Assembly: GCF_009914755.1 (NCBI RefSeq)
Contig: NC_060938.1
Source: the human T2T-CHM13v2.0 reference genome, Homo sapiens
Reading direction: 5' to 3' (one strand)
Length of the DNA stretch: 64,000 bases
Positions 47,406 through 62,009 of this stretch are shown here, in pieces (the first letter of the stretch is position 1; each line of letters starts with the position of its first letter). The position numbers and the translations under genes were made by a program. Below the pieces are notes generated by a model, which saw nothing but the letters and a program-made list of their open reading frames with translations, had not been told where the DNA came from and did no database searches.

Positions 47406-50127
47406 TGCAATGTGACAGTGTTAGGTTTCCATGGGTCTGTTTTCTGACAATATTCAGAATTTTGGAAAATGTACTTTGCTGTTATAAGTAGAATAAACAA
47501 GAAAACCTCTTTTTAAATATTAGAGCAAAAATGTGCAACTTATGGATTTAAGCTGGAGTGAATCAGTCTATTCTCTTGGTGGCCATGCGTTCTCATTGAA
47601 TTCATTTTACTGTAATGCTTTACAGATAAAAGTAAAATCTCTTTATGATAAATTGATTGTTGTCTTTGTTGGTGAATATTTTATTATATTTGACGGTACT
47701 GCTAGAAATCATATTGCCTGTCCAAAGGAAATGTAGATGGATAAAATTTGTCCAGGTTCTCTGTGGAGGATTAACAAATACGAGAAAGCGATATGAGAAT
47801 AGTAAATGGAAAGAGTAATTCCCTTTCTCTCTTCCTCTCTGCCTGTCATTTTAGTTCTAAGTCTTGAGACTTCTCAAGTTTGCATGAAATAATATGCATA
47901 CTCTTTATACCCTTTTACTTTCATTCTTTTTTTCCTCTGATACTCTCATTTCCATTTCTTCCTGATGGCAAAAAATTTTAACTGTAGCTCTACTGTGCCA
48001 CACTACATTTTTCTAGACTATCACTCCTTGAAAGAAGGAATTACAGTGTAATTGTTGTGTGCATTGAAGAATGCTTGTGCAGGATAATAACCAATAAGTA
48101 TTTATTAACTAAATAAATGAGCTGTTAGTATGTGAATACATAGTATTTTTGTTATGCAGAAACCTTCTTTGTAATGTATTATCTGTTTTGTGATTTTATT
48201 ACGGAAGACTATTTTGCATGTATTCTAAAGCACAGCAACTTAATCCTGATGTTCTTTTCTGCTTAACAGAATTGGTTTAATTGCAAAATATGTTTCTATG
48301 CAAAGTTCTAGTGATGATTCATTGTTTTTCATTATTGCGCTGGCATCTAACTGTGCCTGCTCCATTGCCCCTGCCATCACCACTAATGAAGAAGTACTTT
48401 CAAGTGGTGGGATGGACTGTGCACTCCATCTTGTCTGTCGAACCAGAGACTGCTGGTGGAAAAAGTGACTGGTGATTTCCTGAAAGTTTACTGTTGTTTT
48501 TTTGCTTGACCTCGGTATAATATGGATATTGCTACTTATGTATGGTCTTTTTTTAAGGTTCTGGATAAGTGTATTTTACAAGGAATACAATTTGCCTGTC
48601 TTAGCAATGACTCAGACTAGTATTTATTGAAAGCACTCAGATACATTTGTTGAACAAATGAAACAGCAAGCATAGAAGTGTTTTATCACTTATGAGAGCT
48701 GTGGAACTCCACCTCTCATGTGAAAAGAATGCCATAGCCATACAAATTGAGCATAGACAGATGTCCAGTCTGGAGAAAGATGGACATATCCACCCCCAAA
48801 CAGCCACATATACTTCTTATTAAGCATCCTCTAGGAGCTGGTCTGCGCCACACTACTTTCTTTGAAAATTCTGTCTTCTGTAATTACATTTCCATAATTT
48901 TGCAAATGAGAAGCCTCAATGATATGAGAAAGGCAAACAATGTGTTTTTAAGTTAAGGGCAAGTTAGTTTACTAAGTCTTTTCATATATTTAATTCTCAG
49001 AAGAAATAATGGACTTTTGTGCTTTGCATCCTTCTCTGGGTCTCTTTATGCAAACAAACATCTGGGAGTACTACTTCCTAGTTTAGGGAAGGTATAATTC
49101 AGATGTGGGAAGTATTTTGACATTTTAGTATCTCCTGTTATTAGTAAAATGACATGTTGGTTTATAAATTTGGGGTTTGTAAATGTCTGATTTTTAACTA
49201 AAAATTACTGTGTTTGAGTTTTCTGTCAGGAAAACAGGTTTAGAAGATGCCAGATGTGTGTTTGGTATTTTTCCATTAAGTATGTTTTTTTATTGCCATG
49301 TTATGCTATGACTTGCCTGTAAATATTCCTGCTCATTCCCAAGATCTGGAAAACATGCCACAGAGAGGCTATCACTGGGCTAAGAGCCTTTGAGTCTTAA
49401 AATGCCTCTGTGGAGCAATGCATACCAAGCGGGCAGGCCGTGCATAGTCATGCAGAAATACTGAGTGGTTTCCATCCACTTATGCACAATTTGGGGCATT
49501 GTGGTAGTGGTTGTTTGGCCTAAGTTTTATATTTTGGCTTTATCAAAATGGTCTTTTAGGTAAGGGATATTTAGAAACTATGCCAAAAAAGCTTTGCTAC
49601 TTTAATCAATAAAGAATTAATTTAGTACTAAAATTCCTCAGGGAAAAAAATGTGTGATAAATTTTTCAGCATAAAATTTACATTCCCTTTGTGAAAGGGC
49701 TGTCTTCCAGTAAATGCAGTCAATAAATTTATCTCCAAAGGCACAAATGTGTACACAAAAAACCTCAAACATCTGGTGAAGTGGTTTCTTTGAGAAAAGC
49801 CAAAATACAGTGCTTTTGAGGTTGGTAAGCCATGAAAAATCTCTTTTGAAATAGAATTAAGATGCTTTTGCTGTTATTACAGAAAAAAAAAGTCTCTAAT
49901 TTTCTTTGAATATCCAGTATCTCTTAAAAATTTTTGTTTTGCAAATTTGTTAAAAACTGGTTAACGTAATTTGCACGTGAGATAGTGCAACTTCAAACAG
50001 GTTTTTTGTTGTTGTTTTTTAAACACAGGTGGGAGATATGGGAGATTGGCCTGGATAGCTAGGCATGGGATAGATTTTAAAAGGCTTTCTTTTGTTTGGT
50101 AAGGGAGTTAGACCTTGTTCTATAGCA

Positions 50128-50563
50128 TATGGGTTGGCACGCTTTTTCTACAATAAGCCCAGTAGTAAATTTTTTATTTTTATTTTTATTTTTTTCTATG
50201 TAGTAAACATTTTGGGCTTTGTGGGCCACACACTTTAGTATCTCCCATTACTAGTAAACTGACATTTTGGTTTACAAATAAACCAAATTTGAGTCTGTCA
50301 CAATGACTCAACTCTGTCGTTGTAGCATGAAAGCAGACATGAACCATGTGAATGGAGCATGGGTATATTCCACTACAACTTTATTTTATGGACACTGTAA
50401 TTCAAATTTTATATAATGTCTACATGTCATGAAATAGTAGTGTTCTTCTTTTGATTTTTTACAACATTAAAACATATAAAAACAATTCATAGTCTGAAGA
50501 CTAAACTAAGACAAACTGCAGGTATGATTTGGTCCATCATGGGCCATTGTTTTCTGATCCCTG
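50128..50563 (+). mobile_element. MER58B-like hAT-Charlie element with small insertions
   Basis: gggttggca...tagtaaacattttgggctttgtgggccac...actcaactctgtcgttgtagcatgaaagcag...tttctgatccctg. Confidence 0.75.
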
Positions 50564-50679
50564 CTACTGTTACCGACGAACTATCATTATTGAACTATCA
50601 TTAACAATTGAAGATTTTTAATCAGGAAGGAGATATGATTGTATTTGCATTCAACACGTTCTTTTTGGTGCGGCATTTT

Positions 50680-50785
50680 TAAATTTTTTTTCCATAAGTT
50701 ACTGGGGTACAGGTGGTGTTTGGTTACATGAGTAAGTTCTTTAGTGGTGATTTGTGAGATTTTGGTGCGCCCATCACTGGAGCAG
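50680..50785 (-). mobile_element. Short L1PB1-like 3' end
   Basis: ttccataagttactggggtacaggtggtgtttggttacatgagtaagttctttagtggtgatttgtgag. Confidence 0.88.
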
Positions 50786-50869
50786 ATGCAGATGAAGACC
50801 TTCATGATGATCTAACTTCCACCTAATAAATAATAAATATATTGTCTTTTCCTTATGATTTCTTAATAG

Positions 50870-51168
50870 CTTTTTTTGACAGAGCAGATGAAGTCCTGCT
50901 CTGTCACCCAGGCTAGAGTGCAGTGGCGTGATCTCAGCTCACTTGCAACTTCCTGCCTCCCAGGTTCAAGCAATTTTCCTGCCTCAGCCTCCTGAGTAGG
51001 TGGGATTATAGACGTGTACCACAATACCCAGCTAATTTTTGTATATTTAGTAGAGATGGGGCTTCTCCATTTGGCCAGGCTGGTCTTGAACTCCTGACCT
51101 CAAGTGATCTGCCCACCTCAGCCTCCCAATGTGCTGGGATTACAGGCGTGAGCCACCACACCCAGCCT
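50870..51168 (-). mobile_element. AluS
   Basis: Antisense dimer ctctgtcacccaggctagagtgcagtggc...gagccaccacacccagcc. Confidence 0.9.
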
Positions 51169-51995
51169 CTTTTGTGTTTCTGTATGAATTTTAAAATAGT
51201 TGTTTCTAGTTCTTTAAGTATGTCATTGTTAGTTTGATAGGAATAGCATTGAATCTATAAGTTGCTTTGGGCTGTATGACCATTTTAACGATGTTAATTC
51301 TTCCTATGCATAAGCATGGAATGTTTTTCTATTTGTTTGTATCACCTCTGATTCCTTTGAGCATTCTTCTGTAGTTTTCATTGTAGACATCTTTCACCTC
51401 CCTGGTTAGCTGTATTTCTAAATATTTTATTCTTTTTGTGGCAGTTGTGAACGGGATTACGTTCCTGAGTTGGCTCTAAGCTTGACTGTTGTTGGTATGT
51501 CACAATGCTAGTGATTTTTATATGTTGATTTTGTATCCTGAGATTGTGCTGAAGTCGTTATCAGCTGAAGGAGCTTTTGGGCCAAGACTATGGAGTTTTC
51601 TAGATACAGGATTATGTTGTTTAAATTTTCTAGATACAGGATCATGTTGTTTGTAAATAGGGATAGTTTGACTTCCTCTCTTCTTATCTGGGTGCCCTTT
51701 ATTTTTTTCTCAGGACTTCCAATACTGTGTTGACTAGAAGCAGTGAGAGAGGTCAGACTTGTCTTGTGCCAGTTTTCAAAAGGAATGCTTCCAGCTTTTG
51801 GCCATTCAATATGATATTGGCTGTGGGTTTGTCATAGATGAATCTTATTATTTGGAAGCATGTTCCTTTAATACCTAGTATATTGAGAGTTTTTAACATG
51901 AAGGGGTATTGAATTTTATTGAAAGAATTTTCTGCATCTATTGAGATAATCAAGTGTTTTTTGTCTTTAGGTCTGTTTATGTGATGAATCACAAA
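51169..51995 (-). mobile_element. L1PA-type ORF2 RT fragment truncated at both ends
   Basis: ORF 51753-51998: [18 protein letters not shown]...[18 protein letters not shown]; ~30-bp tandem duplication at ~51596-51655. Confidence 0.88.
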
Positions 51996-52594
51996 CATTT
52001 TTCTATTTTGTTTCCTCTCTCAGAAATTCATAGAGAAGATTGGCATATTAAAGGCTCTGAGAAGGGCTGCAGAGAACATAACTTTTTTGCTGTTTTGTTA
52101 ACTTGATGTTTATCACACTTATTTATGGAAACTTCTGTGGAAAATGACTTAGGAAATGCTATTTTAATGGCAATTATCTTAAATGAAGAAGTGTGGTAAA
52201 GATCATTAAGATCAATTAAGAAGAAATCCACTGCAATATTCATGAAAAAAATATTGAGGGAACAAACCAGGGAGCAACAGTGGAATGTAGAAACATTATT
52301 ATTAAGGAAACACAATTTCTGGAATATAGAAGTGGACAGTCTTAAAGATGTTTTTCTATTAAAGTGTGAAAAATTAAAATACATAAAAAACAAACACATA
52401 TATGCTTCTTTTATTTTTTCATAAGTTATTGGGGTACAGGTAGTATTTGGTTACATGAGTAAGTTCTTCAGTGGTGATTTGTGACATTTTGGTGCACCCA
52501 TCACCCAAGCAGTATATACTGCACCCTATTTGGAGTCTTTTATCTCATGCCCTCCCCACCCCAACCCTTCTCCTCAAGTCCCAAAGTTCATTGT

Positions 52595-55330
52595 AAATAT
52601 TTGGTTATATTTCTGGGTTCTCTATTCTGTTTCATTGGTCTATGTGTGTGTTTTTATACCAGTACCATGCTGTTTTGGTGACTATGGCCTTATAGTATAG
52701 TTTGAAATCAGGTAGTGTGATGCCTCTAGATTTGTTCTTTTTGCTAAGTCTTGCTTTGACTTTGTGGGGTCTTTTTTGGTTTCATATGAATTTTAGAATT
52801 GTTTTTTTCTGATTCTGTGAAGAATGATGGTGCTATTTTGATGGAGATTGCATTGAATTTTTAGGTTGCTTTTGGCAGTATGGTCATTTTCACAATATTG
52901 ATTCTATCCATCCATGAGCATGGGGATGTGTTTCCATTTGTTTGTGTCGTCTGTGATTTATTTCAGCAGTGTTTTGTAGTTTTCCTTGTAGAGGTCTTTT
53001 GACTCCTTTGTTCAGTGTATTCCTAAGTATTTTATTTTTTTTTTGCAGCTATTGTAAAAGGGGCTGAGTACTTGATTTGATTTTCTGCTTGGTTGCTGTT
53101 AGTGTATAGAAGAGCTACTGATTTGTGTACATTAATCTTGTATCTGGAAACTTTGCTGAATTCTTTTATCAGTTCTAGGAACTTTATGGAGGAAGCTTTA
53201 GGGTTTTCAAGGTAAACAATCATATCATCCACAAACAGTGACCGTTTGACTTCCTCTTTACCGATTTGGATGCCCTTTATTTCTTTCTCTTGTCCTAGCT
53301 CTGGCTAGGACTTCCAGTACTATGTTGCAGAGGAGTGGTGAGAGTGGGCATCCTTGTCTTGATCCCTTTCTCAGCGGGAATGCCTTCAACTTTTCCCCAT
53401 TCAGTATTATGTTGGCTGTGGGTTTGTCATAGATGGCTTTGAGTACATTGAGGTATGTCCCTTGTATGCCAGTTTTGCTGAGAGTTTTAATCATAACGCG
53501 ATGCTGGATTTTGTCAAATGCTTTTTCTGCATCTATTGAGATGATCATGTAATTTTTGTTTTAATTTCTGTTTATTTGGTGTATCACATTTATTGTCTTG
53601 CATATTTTAAACCATCCCTGCATTCCTGGTATGAAATCCACTTGATCATGGTGGATTATCTTTTTGATATGTTGTTGGATTTGGTTAGCTAGTATTTTGT
53701 TAAGGATTTTAGCATCTATGTTCATCATGGATATTGGTCTGTAGTTTTCTCTTTTGGTTGTATCCTTTCCTGGATTTGGTATTAGGGTGATGCTGGCTTC
53801 ATAGCATGAATTAGGGAGGATTCCTTCTGTCTCTACCTGTCGAATAGTGTCAAAAGGATTGGTACCAATTCTTTGAATGTCTGGTAGAATTCTGCTGTGA
53901 ATTTGCCTGGTCCTGGACATTTTTTTTTGTTGAAATTGTTTAATTACCATTTTAGTCTTGCTGCTTTTTACTGGTCTGTTCAGGGTATGTAATTCTTCCT
54001 GATTTAAGCTAGTAGGGTTGTTATTTTTCCAGGAATTTATCCATTTCTTCTAGGTGTTCTAGTTTATGTGCATAAAGGTGTTCATAGTAGCCTTGAATGA
54101 TCTTTTGTATTTCAGTGGTGTTTGTTGTAATACCTCTTGTTTCATTTCTTAATGAGATTATTTGCATTTTCTCTCTTCTTTTCTTGGTTAGTCTTGCTAA
54201 TGTTCTATCAATTTTATTTATCTTTTCAATCAACTAGCTGTTTATCTTTTGTATTTTTTTTGTTTCAATTTCATTTAGTTCTGCTCTGATCTTGGTTATT
54301 TCCATTCTTCTGCTGGAAGAAGGAAATAAATAGCCAAGCTCTCTTGTTTGTTCTTGTTTCTCTAGTTCCTTGAGGTGTGACCTTGGAATGTCAATTCATG
54401 CTCTTTCAGTCTTTTTGATGTAGGTGTTTAGGTCTGTGAACTTTCCTCTTAGTACTGCCTTTGCTGTATCCCACAGGTTTTGATAGGTTGTGTCGTTATT
54501 GTCATCCAGTTTGAAGAATGTTTTAATTTCCATCTTGATATCATTTTTGACGCAATACTCATTCAGGAGCAAGTTATTTAATTTCCGTGTATTTGCATGG
54601 TTTTGAAGGTTCCTTTTGGAGTTGATTTCCAGTTTTATTCCACTGTGGTCTGACAGGGTTCTTGATATAATTTCAATTTTCTTAAATTTATTGAGACTCA
54701 TGACCTATCATATGGTCTATCTTGGAGAAAGTTCCATGTGTTGTTGAAAGAATGTGTATTCTGCAGTTGTTGGATGGAATGTTCTGTATATATCTGTTAA
54801 GTCCATTTGTTCCAAGTTATAGTTTAAATCCATTGTTTCTTTGTTGACTTTCTGTGTTGCTAACCTGTCCAGTGCTGTCAGTGGAGTATTGAAGTCCCCC
54901 ACTATTATTGTGTTGCTGTCTATCTAATTTCTTAGGCCTATTAGTAATTGTTTTATAAATCTGGGAGCTCCAGTGTTAGGTGCATATATGTTTACGATTG
55001 TGATATTTTCTGGTTGGACATGGCCTTTTACCATTATATAATGTCCCTCTTTGTCTCTTAACTGCTGTTGCTTTAAAGTTTGTTTTGTCTGATATAAGAA
55101 TAGCTATCTCTGCTTGCTTTAGGTGTTGATTTGCATGAAATGCCTTTTTCCCACCCCTTTACTTTAAGTTTATGTGAGTCCTTATGTGTTAGGTGAGTCT
55201 CCTGAATGCAGCAGATAGTTGGTTGGTGAGTTCTTATCCATTCTGCAGTTCTGTGTCTTTTAAGTGGAGTACTTAGACCATCTACATTTAATGTGGGTAT
55301 TGAGGTTTGAGGTACCCTTGCATTTATCAT
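52595..55330 (-). pseudogene. Degenerate L1 ORF2 (endonuclease plus RT)
   Basis: ORF track: TLNVDGL...[55 protein letters not shown] and [10 protein letters not shown]. Confidence 0.92.
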
Positions 55331-55429
55331 GTTATTTGTTGCCTGTGTACTTTGTTTTTGTTTTGTTTTGTTTTTGTTTTGCTTTTTAACTTGTATTTTT
55401 GTTTTATAGGTACTGTGTGATTTAGGTTT

Positions 55430-56460
55430 TAAAGAGCTTCTGTTTTGATGTGTTTCCAAGATTTGTTTCAAGATTTAGAGCTCCTTTTAGCAGTTCTTGT
55501 AGTGGTGGGTTAATAGTGGTGAATTCTCTCAGCATTTGTTTGTCTGAAAAAGACTGTATCTTTCCTTCATCTATGAATGATACTTAGTTTCACCAGATAC
55601 AAAATTCTTTACTGATAATTCTTTTGTTTGAGGAGGCTGAAGATAGGTCCCCAACCCCTTCTAACTTGAAGGGTTTCTGCTGAGAAATCTGCTGTGAAGC
55701 TGATAGGTTTTCCTTTATAGATTACCTTGTGCTTTTGTCTCACAGCTCTTAAGATTCTTTCCTTCATCTTCACTTTAGATAACCTGATGACAATGTGCCT
55801 AGGTGATGATCTTTTTGTGATAAATTTCCCAGATATTCTTTGCGATTCTTGTATTGGGATGTCTAGGTCTCTAGCAAGGCCAAGGAAGTTTTCCTTGATT
55901 ATTTCCCCAAGTATGTTTTTTAAGCTTTTAGATTTTTCTTCTTCCCCAGAACACTGATTATTCTTAGGTTTGGTCATTTAACATAATTCCAGACTCCTTG
56001 GAGGCTTTGTTCATATTTTCTTATTCTTTTTCCTTTGTCTATGCTGGATTGGATTAATTCAAAGACCTTGTCTTCAAGCTCTGAATTTTTTCTTCTACTT
56101 GTTCAATTCTGTTGCTGAGACTTTCCAGAGCATTTTGTATTTCTGTAATTGTGTCCGATGTTTTCTGAAGATTTGAATGTTTTTTCTTTATGCTATCTAT
56201 TTCCTTCAATATTTCTCCCTTTACTTCTTGTATCATTCTTTGCATTGGGCATGCCTTATTCTGGTGCCTTCCTGATGGGCTTAATAACTAACCTCCTGAA
56301 TTCTTTTTCAGGTAAAGCAGGGATTTCTTTTTGGCTTGGATCCATTGCTGGTGAACTAGTGTGATTTTTTTTTTTTTTTTGAGGGGGTACGGGGTTGTTA
56401 AAGAACCTTGTTTTGTCATATTACCAGAGTTGGTTTTCTGGCTTTTTCTAATTTGGGTCG
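55430..56460 (-). pseudogene. Degenerate L1 ORF1
   Basis: ORF 55609-55977 (ARDLDIPIQESQR...SSPRHIVIRLSKVKMKERILRAVRQK) and coiled-coil remnant 56054-56245. Confidence 0.9.
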
Positions 56461-57964
56461 GCTTCATCAACCCTAGAGCAGCTTCAGTTCTAGGACTGGA
56501 GGCAATTGTTCACACTCTTTTGTCCCACGAGGTGTTCCCTTGATGTAGTACTCTTCCCTTTTCCCTATGGATGTGGCTTCCTGTGAGTGAAACTGCAGTG
56601 ATTGTTGTCTCTCTTCTGGGTCTAGCCACCCAGCAAGTCTATCCAGCTCCGGGCTTGTACTGAGATTGTCTGCACAGAATCCTGTGATGTGGACCATCTA
56701 TAGGTCTCTTAGCTATAAATGCCATTGCCTGTTGCAGTGGAGGTGGCAGGGGTGTGAAATGGACTCCATGAGGGTTCTTAACTTTGGTGGTTTAATGCTG
56801 TGTTTTTGTGCTGGTTGGCCTCCTGCTGGGAGGTGGCATTTTCCAGAGAGCATCAGCTGTGGTAGTATGTAGAGGAACCGGCAGTGGGTGGGGCCCTAGA
56901 ACTCTCAAGATTATATGCCCTTTGTCTTCAGCTACCAGGGTTGATAGAGAAGGCCCATCAGATGGGGGCAGGGCTAGTGTCTGAGCTCAGACTCTCCTTG
57001 GGTGGGTCTTGCTATGGCTGCTGCGGGGGATGGGGGTGAGTTTTGCAGGTCAATGGAGTTGTGCATCTAGGAGGATTATGGCTGCCTGTGCTGAGTCGTG
57101 CAAGTTGTCAGGGAAGTGGGGGAAAGTTGGCAGTCACAGGCCTCGCTCAGCTCCCATGCAAACTGAAGGGCCTGTCTCACTCCCACCGTGCCCCTCAAAA
57201 GCCCTGAGTCTGTTTCCAGGTGCTGGGGCGAGCTGGGCTTGAGAACTTGTGCCAGGCTGCTCACCTCCCAGCTGTGAAAGAAAAGGGCTTGGTTCTTCCC
57301 CAGCCTGTGGTCTGCACACTGGATTTGTTCCCTCCCTTGAGTTCTGGCCAGGAGGCTTCTTGCTCCATTTAAATTGTTACAAAGTCTAGCTGGAGATTTC
57401 CTTCTCCCTGTGTTTTCCCCCTGCTCCTCTGACTGCCCTCCCAGTGGATCCCCGTGGTGCCAGGCAGGAATGGCCTGCTTGGGAACGCAGCGAGCTCCCA
57501 GGGCCTTTCCCACTGCTTGCTGTACCCTGTATTTTGCTCTGCTCTCTAACTTGACTCAGCTCCAGGTAGGGTTGGAAACTTCTCCTGCAAACAGACCTTC
57601 AGTCTCTCCAGTGGGGGGTGTGTGTTCGGGAGAGAAGATTCTCCCTTTCCCACTTCCGCAGTTGGGGCACTCAACAATATTTGGGGTGTCTCCTGGGTCC
57701 TGCAGGAGCAGTCCTCTTCCTTCAGAGGGTCTGTACACATATGCTTCTCATATACAGTATATGTAACTACCACATTTTATAAAATAAAAGTAAGAATGAA
57801 GAGATATTTGGGTACTTAAAATAGAAAACCCAGAGTTCAAAGCATATATTACCAATGCCAGTGGGGTAGAGACTTAAGCAAACCAAGATGCAAAATATTT
57901 CAACATGCAAAAAAAAAAAAGCACACTAAAAATGACTTAGAGAAAGAAGTCTTATTTTCTACGA

Positions 57965-58490
57965 CCATGTTTATCAGGGTTCTTGATTGCTAGTAATAGA
58001 AACTGACTGGGTAACTTAAAGCTGAAAATAATTTTGTTAGAAATATATGAGATAGCTCACAGAATCACTCAGACAGCAAAAAACAGGTAGTGGCCAAAGA
58101 CACCAGCAACCACTGCCTGAGTCGACTTATGCTGCTGGAATAGTCTTGTTAGGATGCTGCAGCTGGGACCACATCTACTTCTGATGGCCTCTTCCTACTG
58201 CCCGCTTCACAGTGACTGATTTCTAAACTTGTCCTGTGTCTTTGCATTCCTCCCTCAAGATTCAAAGTCTTGGGGGAAAATATAAGATGTCTGATTGGCT
58301 AAAGCTACTTCTCCTGCCTGCGTCCCAGATCTCAGGGATGGAGTGGGGAGAAGTACCACCTCCTCTCTTTAGCTTCCATGGTTGGAGGTGAGATACCTTA
58401 TTCCACTGGTGTTGTAACCAATTGAGAATTCCCCAGAAATAGGAAAGGAGTTTGTGTTGCCTCTCCCCAGATGATAACTATCCATCTCAA
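57965..58490 (-). mobile_element. Old MLT1-type LTR
   Basis: tcagggttcttgattgctagtaatagaaactgact...gatagctcacagaatc...tctgattggctaaagct. Confidence 0.6.
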
Positions 58491-61309
58491 AGACCAAGAG
58501 AGGGATTATCTATGAACAATATATCTGAAATTTGAAGTACAGTATTCTCATCATTGAATAGACAAATTGCATTACTGAATTGCAGCATTTACTTAGGGGA
58601 TAAATAAGCTAACATAACAAAATACACATCCAAACGTGAATGTGATTTGGTAAACTTGAGCCTTGGGGATGCAGTAGAATTAGAATAGTTTTAATAAATA
58701 GGATTTAAACCCCAGAGAATTTAAACAGTGACTAAAATCTTTAAAGTATTTCCGATAATTTCTACAAAATTTTCTGGAAAGAACCTAAGAGTTAAGATTT
58801 ACTTAAGTGCCACTTATTTTTCTGTGGATTGAAAAATCTAATGATATAAGAAAAAAACATGTTTCTTATGTTCTAGGGATTAAAGGAATTTGACAAAATA
58901 CTGATGTTTATTGAGATAATTGAAAACCACTTGTGTACCTCTTTCATTTGGTCCTGATATTGTGGAAGAATAAAGTATTAAGGAACTTTTCACCCTATTC
59001 ATTGGAAATTGTGTTAATATTTTTATTGTTTACTGAGGTTTCTTTTCCCCTCTGGAGTCTTGGAAGTCAGATTTAAACATAAACTATTAAAATTAGTAAA
59101 ATAGAGGGAAATGATAAAGAAATTGATATGGGTGATATTGGAGACTTATTTCAAAATGTAATAAATATAATGGCTCAAATTTTCATAATTGTATTTTTGC
59201 CCTAAATTGTGGTTGGAAATAGCCATCTGTCAGTTTGTTTCTTAACAAAATTACAGAAGGGGAGACAACTGAGATGTTATAATAAAAAGAAAAACAGAAT
59301 TGTTTCAGAAAAGAGGTATATTGTGTCTTTTTGCCTACTTGCCTTGACATAGCAGGTTAAAAGTATGTGAAGTAGGTAATTTAGCATCTGCAACATTTAG
59401 TTGCACTTCAATACAGGGACCATTATCCTGGATCGTCAAACCTCTGGTGAACATGTACATCTGTTCCAAACCTCATCTCTGATGCACAACTCTGTTTAAT
59501 ACGTAGAAACTCTATGGAACAGGAGTTACAAGTAATTTTTATGACAGTACATTGGATATGCCTAAGTTACTTTTAGAATATGTTACAACCAAAAGCTCAG
59601 TGGACTCCCTCACTCACCTATTGAATGATTTGCTAGAGCACTGAAAAAAAAGCACGCAAGTTTGATAAAACTTCCAAAGGGGCTGCATGGCATCTTCTAA
59701 TGGATGAGCTTGAAGATAAAAATCACAGAAATTTGTGAAAAATGTGTTCTAATTAACAGACATCTGACTTTAGCTACATAGATGAAAAATGGATAATAGT
59801 TTTAGAGACAGTAAATGTACATTTCTAGGGTTAAATTTTAAGTCACACAAAAATATCGAGTGTCCAGTATTTGCAGAGCATGCTTCTGGGTGTAGAGAGA
59901 AGATCAATGTGAATTCATAGATACAGACCTTGTTTTCAAAAATATTTTAATTGCATAAGAAGATAGGGCATGTAAAGGATAAGCTACCTCTGGGCTGGAG
60001 GAATATAAATAATGACTGATTGACTCCCTTCTTCCATTCCCCCCGCCCCCTTATTTGCTTTGCATGTACCAGACTCTGCTTCTAAGCCTGTTGATCCATC
60101 TTTTGGTTGCTGCTACCACCCAGTCTTATTCCTGATATTTCTCTTTCCACAAATGCTGCTTCCCTCTGCTGTTCTTCTACTGCCATTCTCTAAGCTTTAG
60201 GAAAGTAGGCAGGGAATAATACAAATAATAAACAGGGAGAAGTGACAAAAAATGTTGCAGCACTTTGTAAAGTCCTTACAGATTCCATTATAAGAGAGTA
60301 GCCAGAACTCTTATTGAGTGTCTGCCCTTAATTTATATTTCTGAGTATAGTGAGGGAACTAAATAACTCTCACTCCTTTCCCCTTGATTTACAGTAAATA
60401 TCATTCAGGATTCAGAGAGGAGAGAAGAAAGAAGCTTTCCTTTGAAGACAGAATTTTGGCAGGCTAAGGTTCTCTTTGCATGAAGGGAATAATGTTCCTT
60501 TCTGAAGACTTCTGGACAGTGTGACTTCTATTCTAAGGCTTCACACAGAATTGGCAATTTTGAGAATTTCCTCACAGGACTTTCTGGCCACATTATGCTA
60601 GTACTTTTGCCTTATTCGAACTTGGCTCAAAATAGCTTTTGTCTGTTTTCAAAAATCTAATTCAAACTTAAAGAATGGGGATTCATTACAAAATTAAAAA
60701 TGTGCTACAACTTTTAAAAATGCACTTTGGGTTCTGCAGGCATTCCAGGAGAGTAGTTCTATACCAGTTTTTGCTACAGCAAAGGCACTGGGAGGAATGC
60801 ACAGCCCTCTAAACTGAGGAGTGAGAGGGATAGCACTCCTGTACGCAGCCATGCTTTTCCTATGCTTGTCAAGCAAAAAGGTGACTCTTATAATGACAGA
60901 GGTCCAGAAAGTTCTCCTTTAAGGGTAGTATCTACATAAATTCAAACTTATTCTATTTATATTTTACTTCATTACATAAAAAGACTAACAGGTTTTCACT
61001 ACATTTAGATTTTATGCTTGAAATGGCCTGACTAAAAATGCTGGTTAGACATACAGGGAATTCACTCTGGGCAACTTCAGGTTAGGGGTGAGATGTGGGC
61101 AGACTTTGTCCAGATGGCTGATGATTGTGATCATCTGGCCTCGTGTAAGTGGCAATCCCAGGTTGGGTTTCAGGGTGATTTATACGTTTAAGGATGGTTA
61201 ATATTCCTAGAGCAATGTGAAGAGGCCACTTTCAAAGTAAGATTTTTAAATTGAGTGCAGTGCTAGCTCATTTCAATTTATTGGCTCCTTCTTGAAAAAA
61301 GGATAAATG

Positions 61310-62009
<700 letters not shown>

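Larger units (their letters stand above)
52410..57734 (-). mobile_element. L1PB1-like LINE-1, near full length, with a ~1.2 kb deletion spanning the ORF2 C-terminus and 3'UTR
   Basis: L1PB1-type tail, ORF2, ORF1 and 5'UTR in order; TSD acacata(ta)tgcttct at ~52394-52409 and 57735-57748. Confidence 0.94.

Noticed and set aside
50029-50098. Possible 70-nt exon (acacag| ... TTG|gtaagg)
   Set aside because: Lies in degenerate L2-like sequence with no coding support; such site pairs are common by chance.
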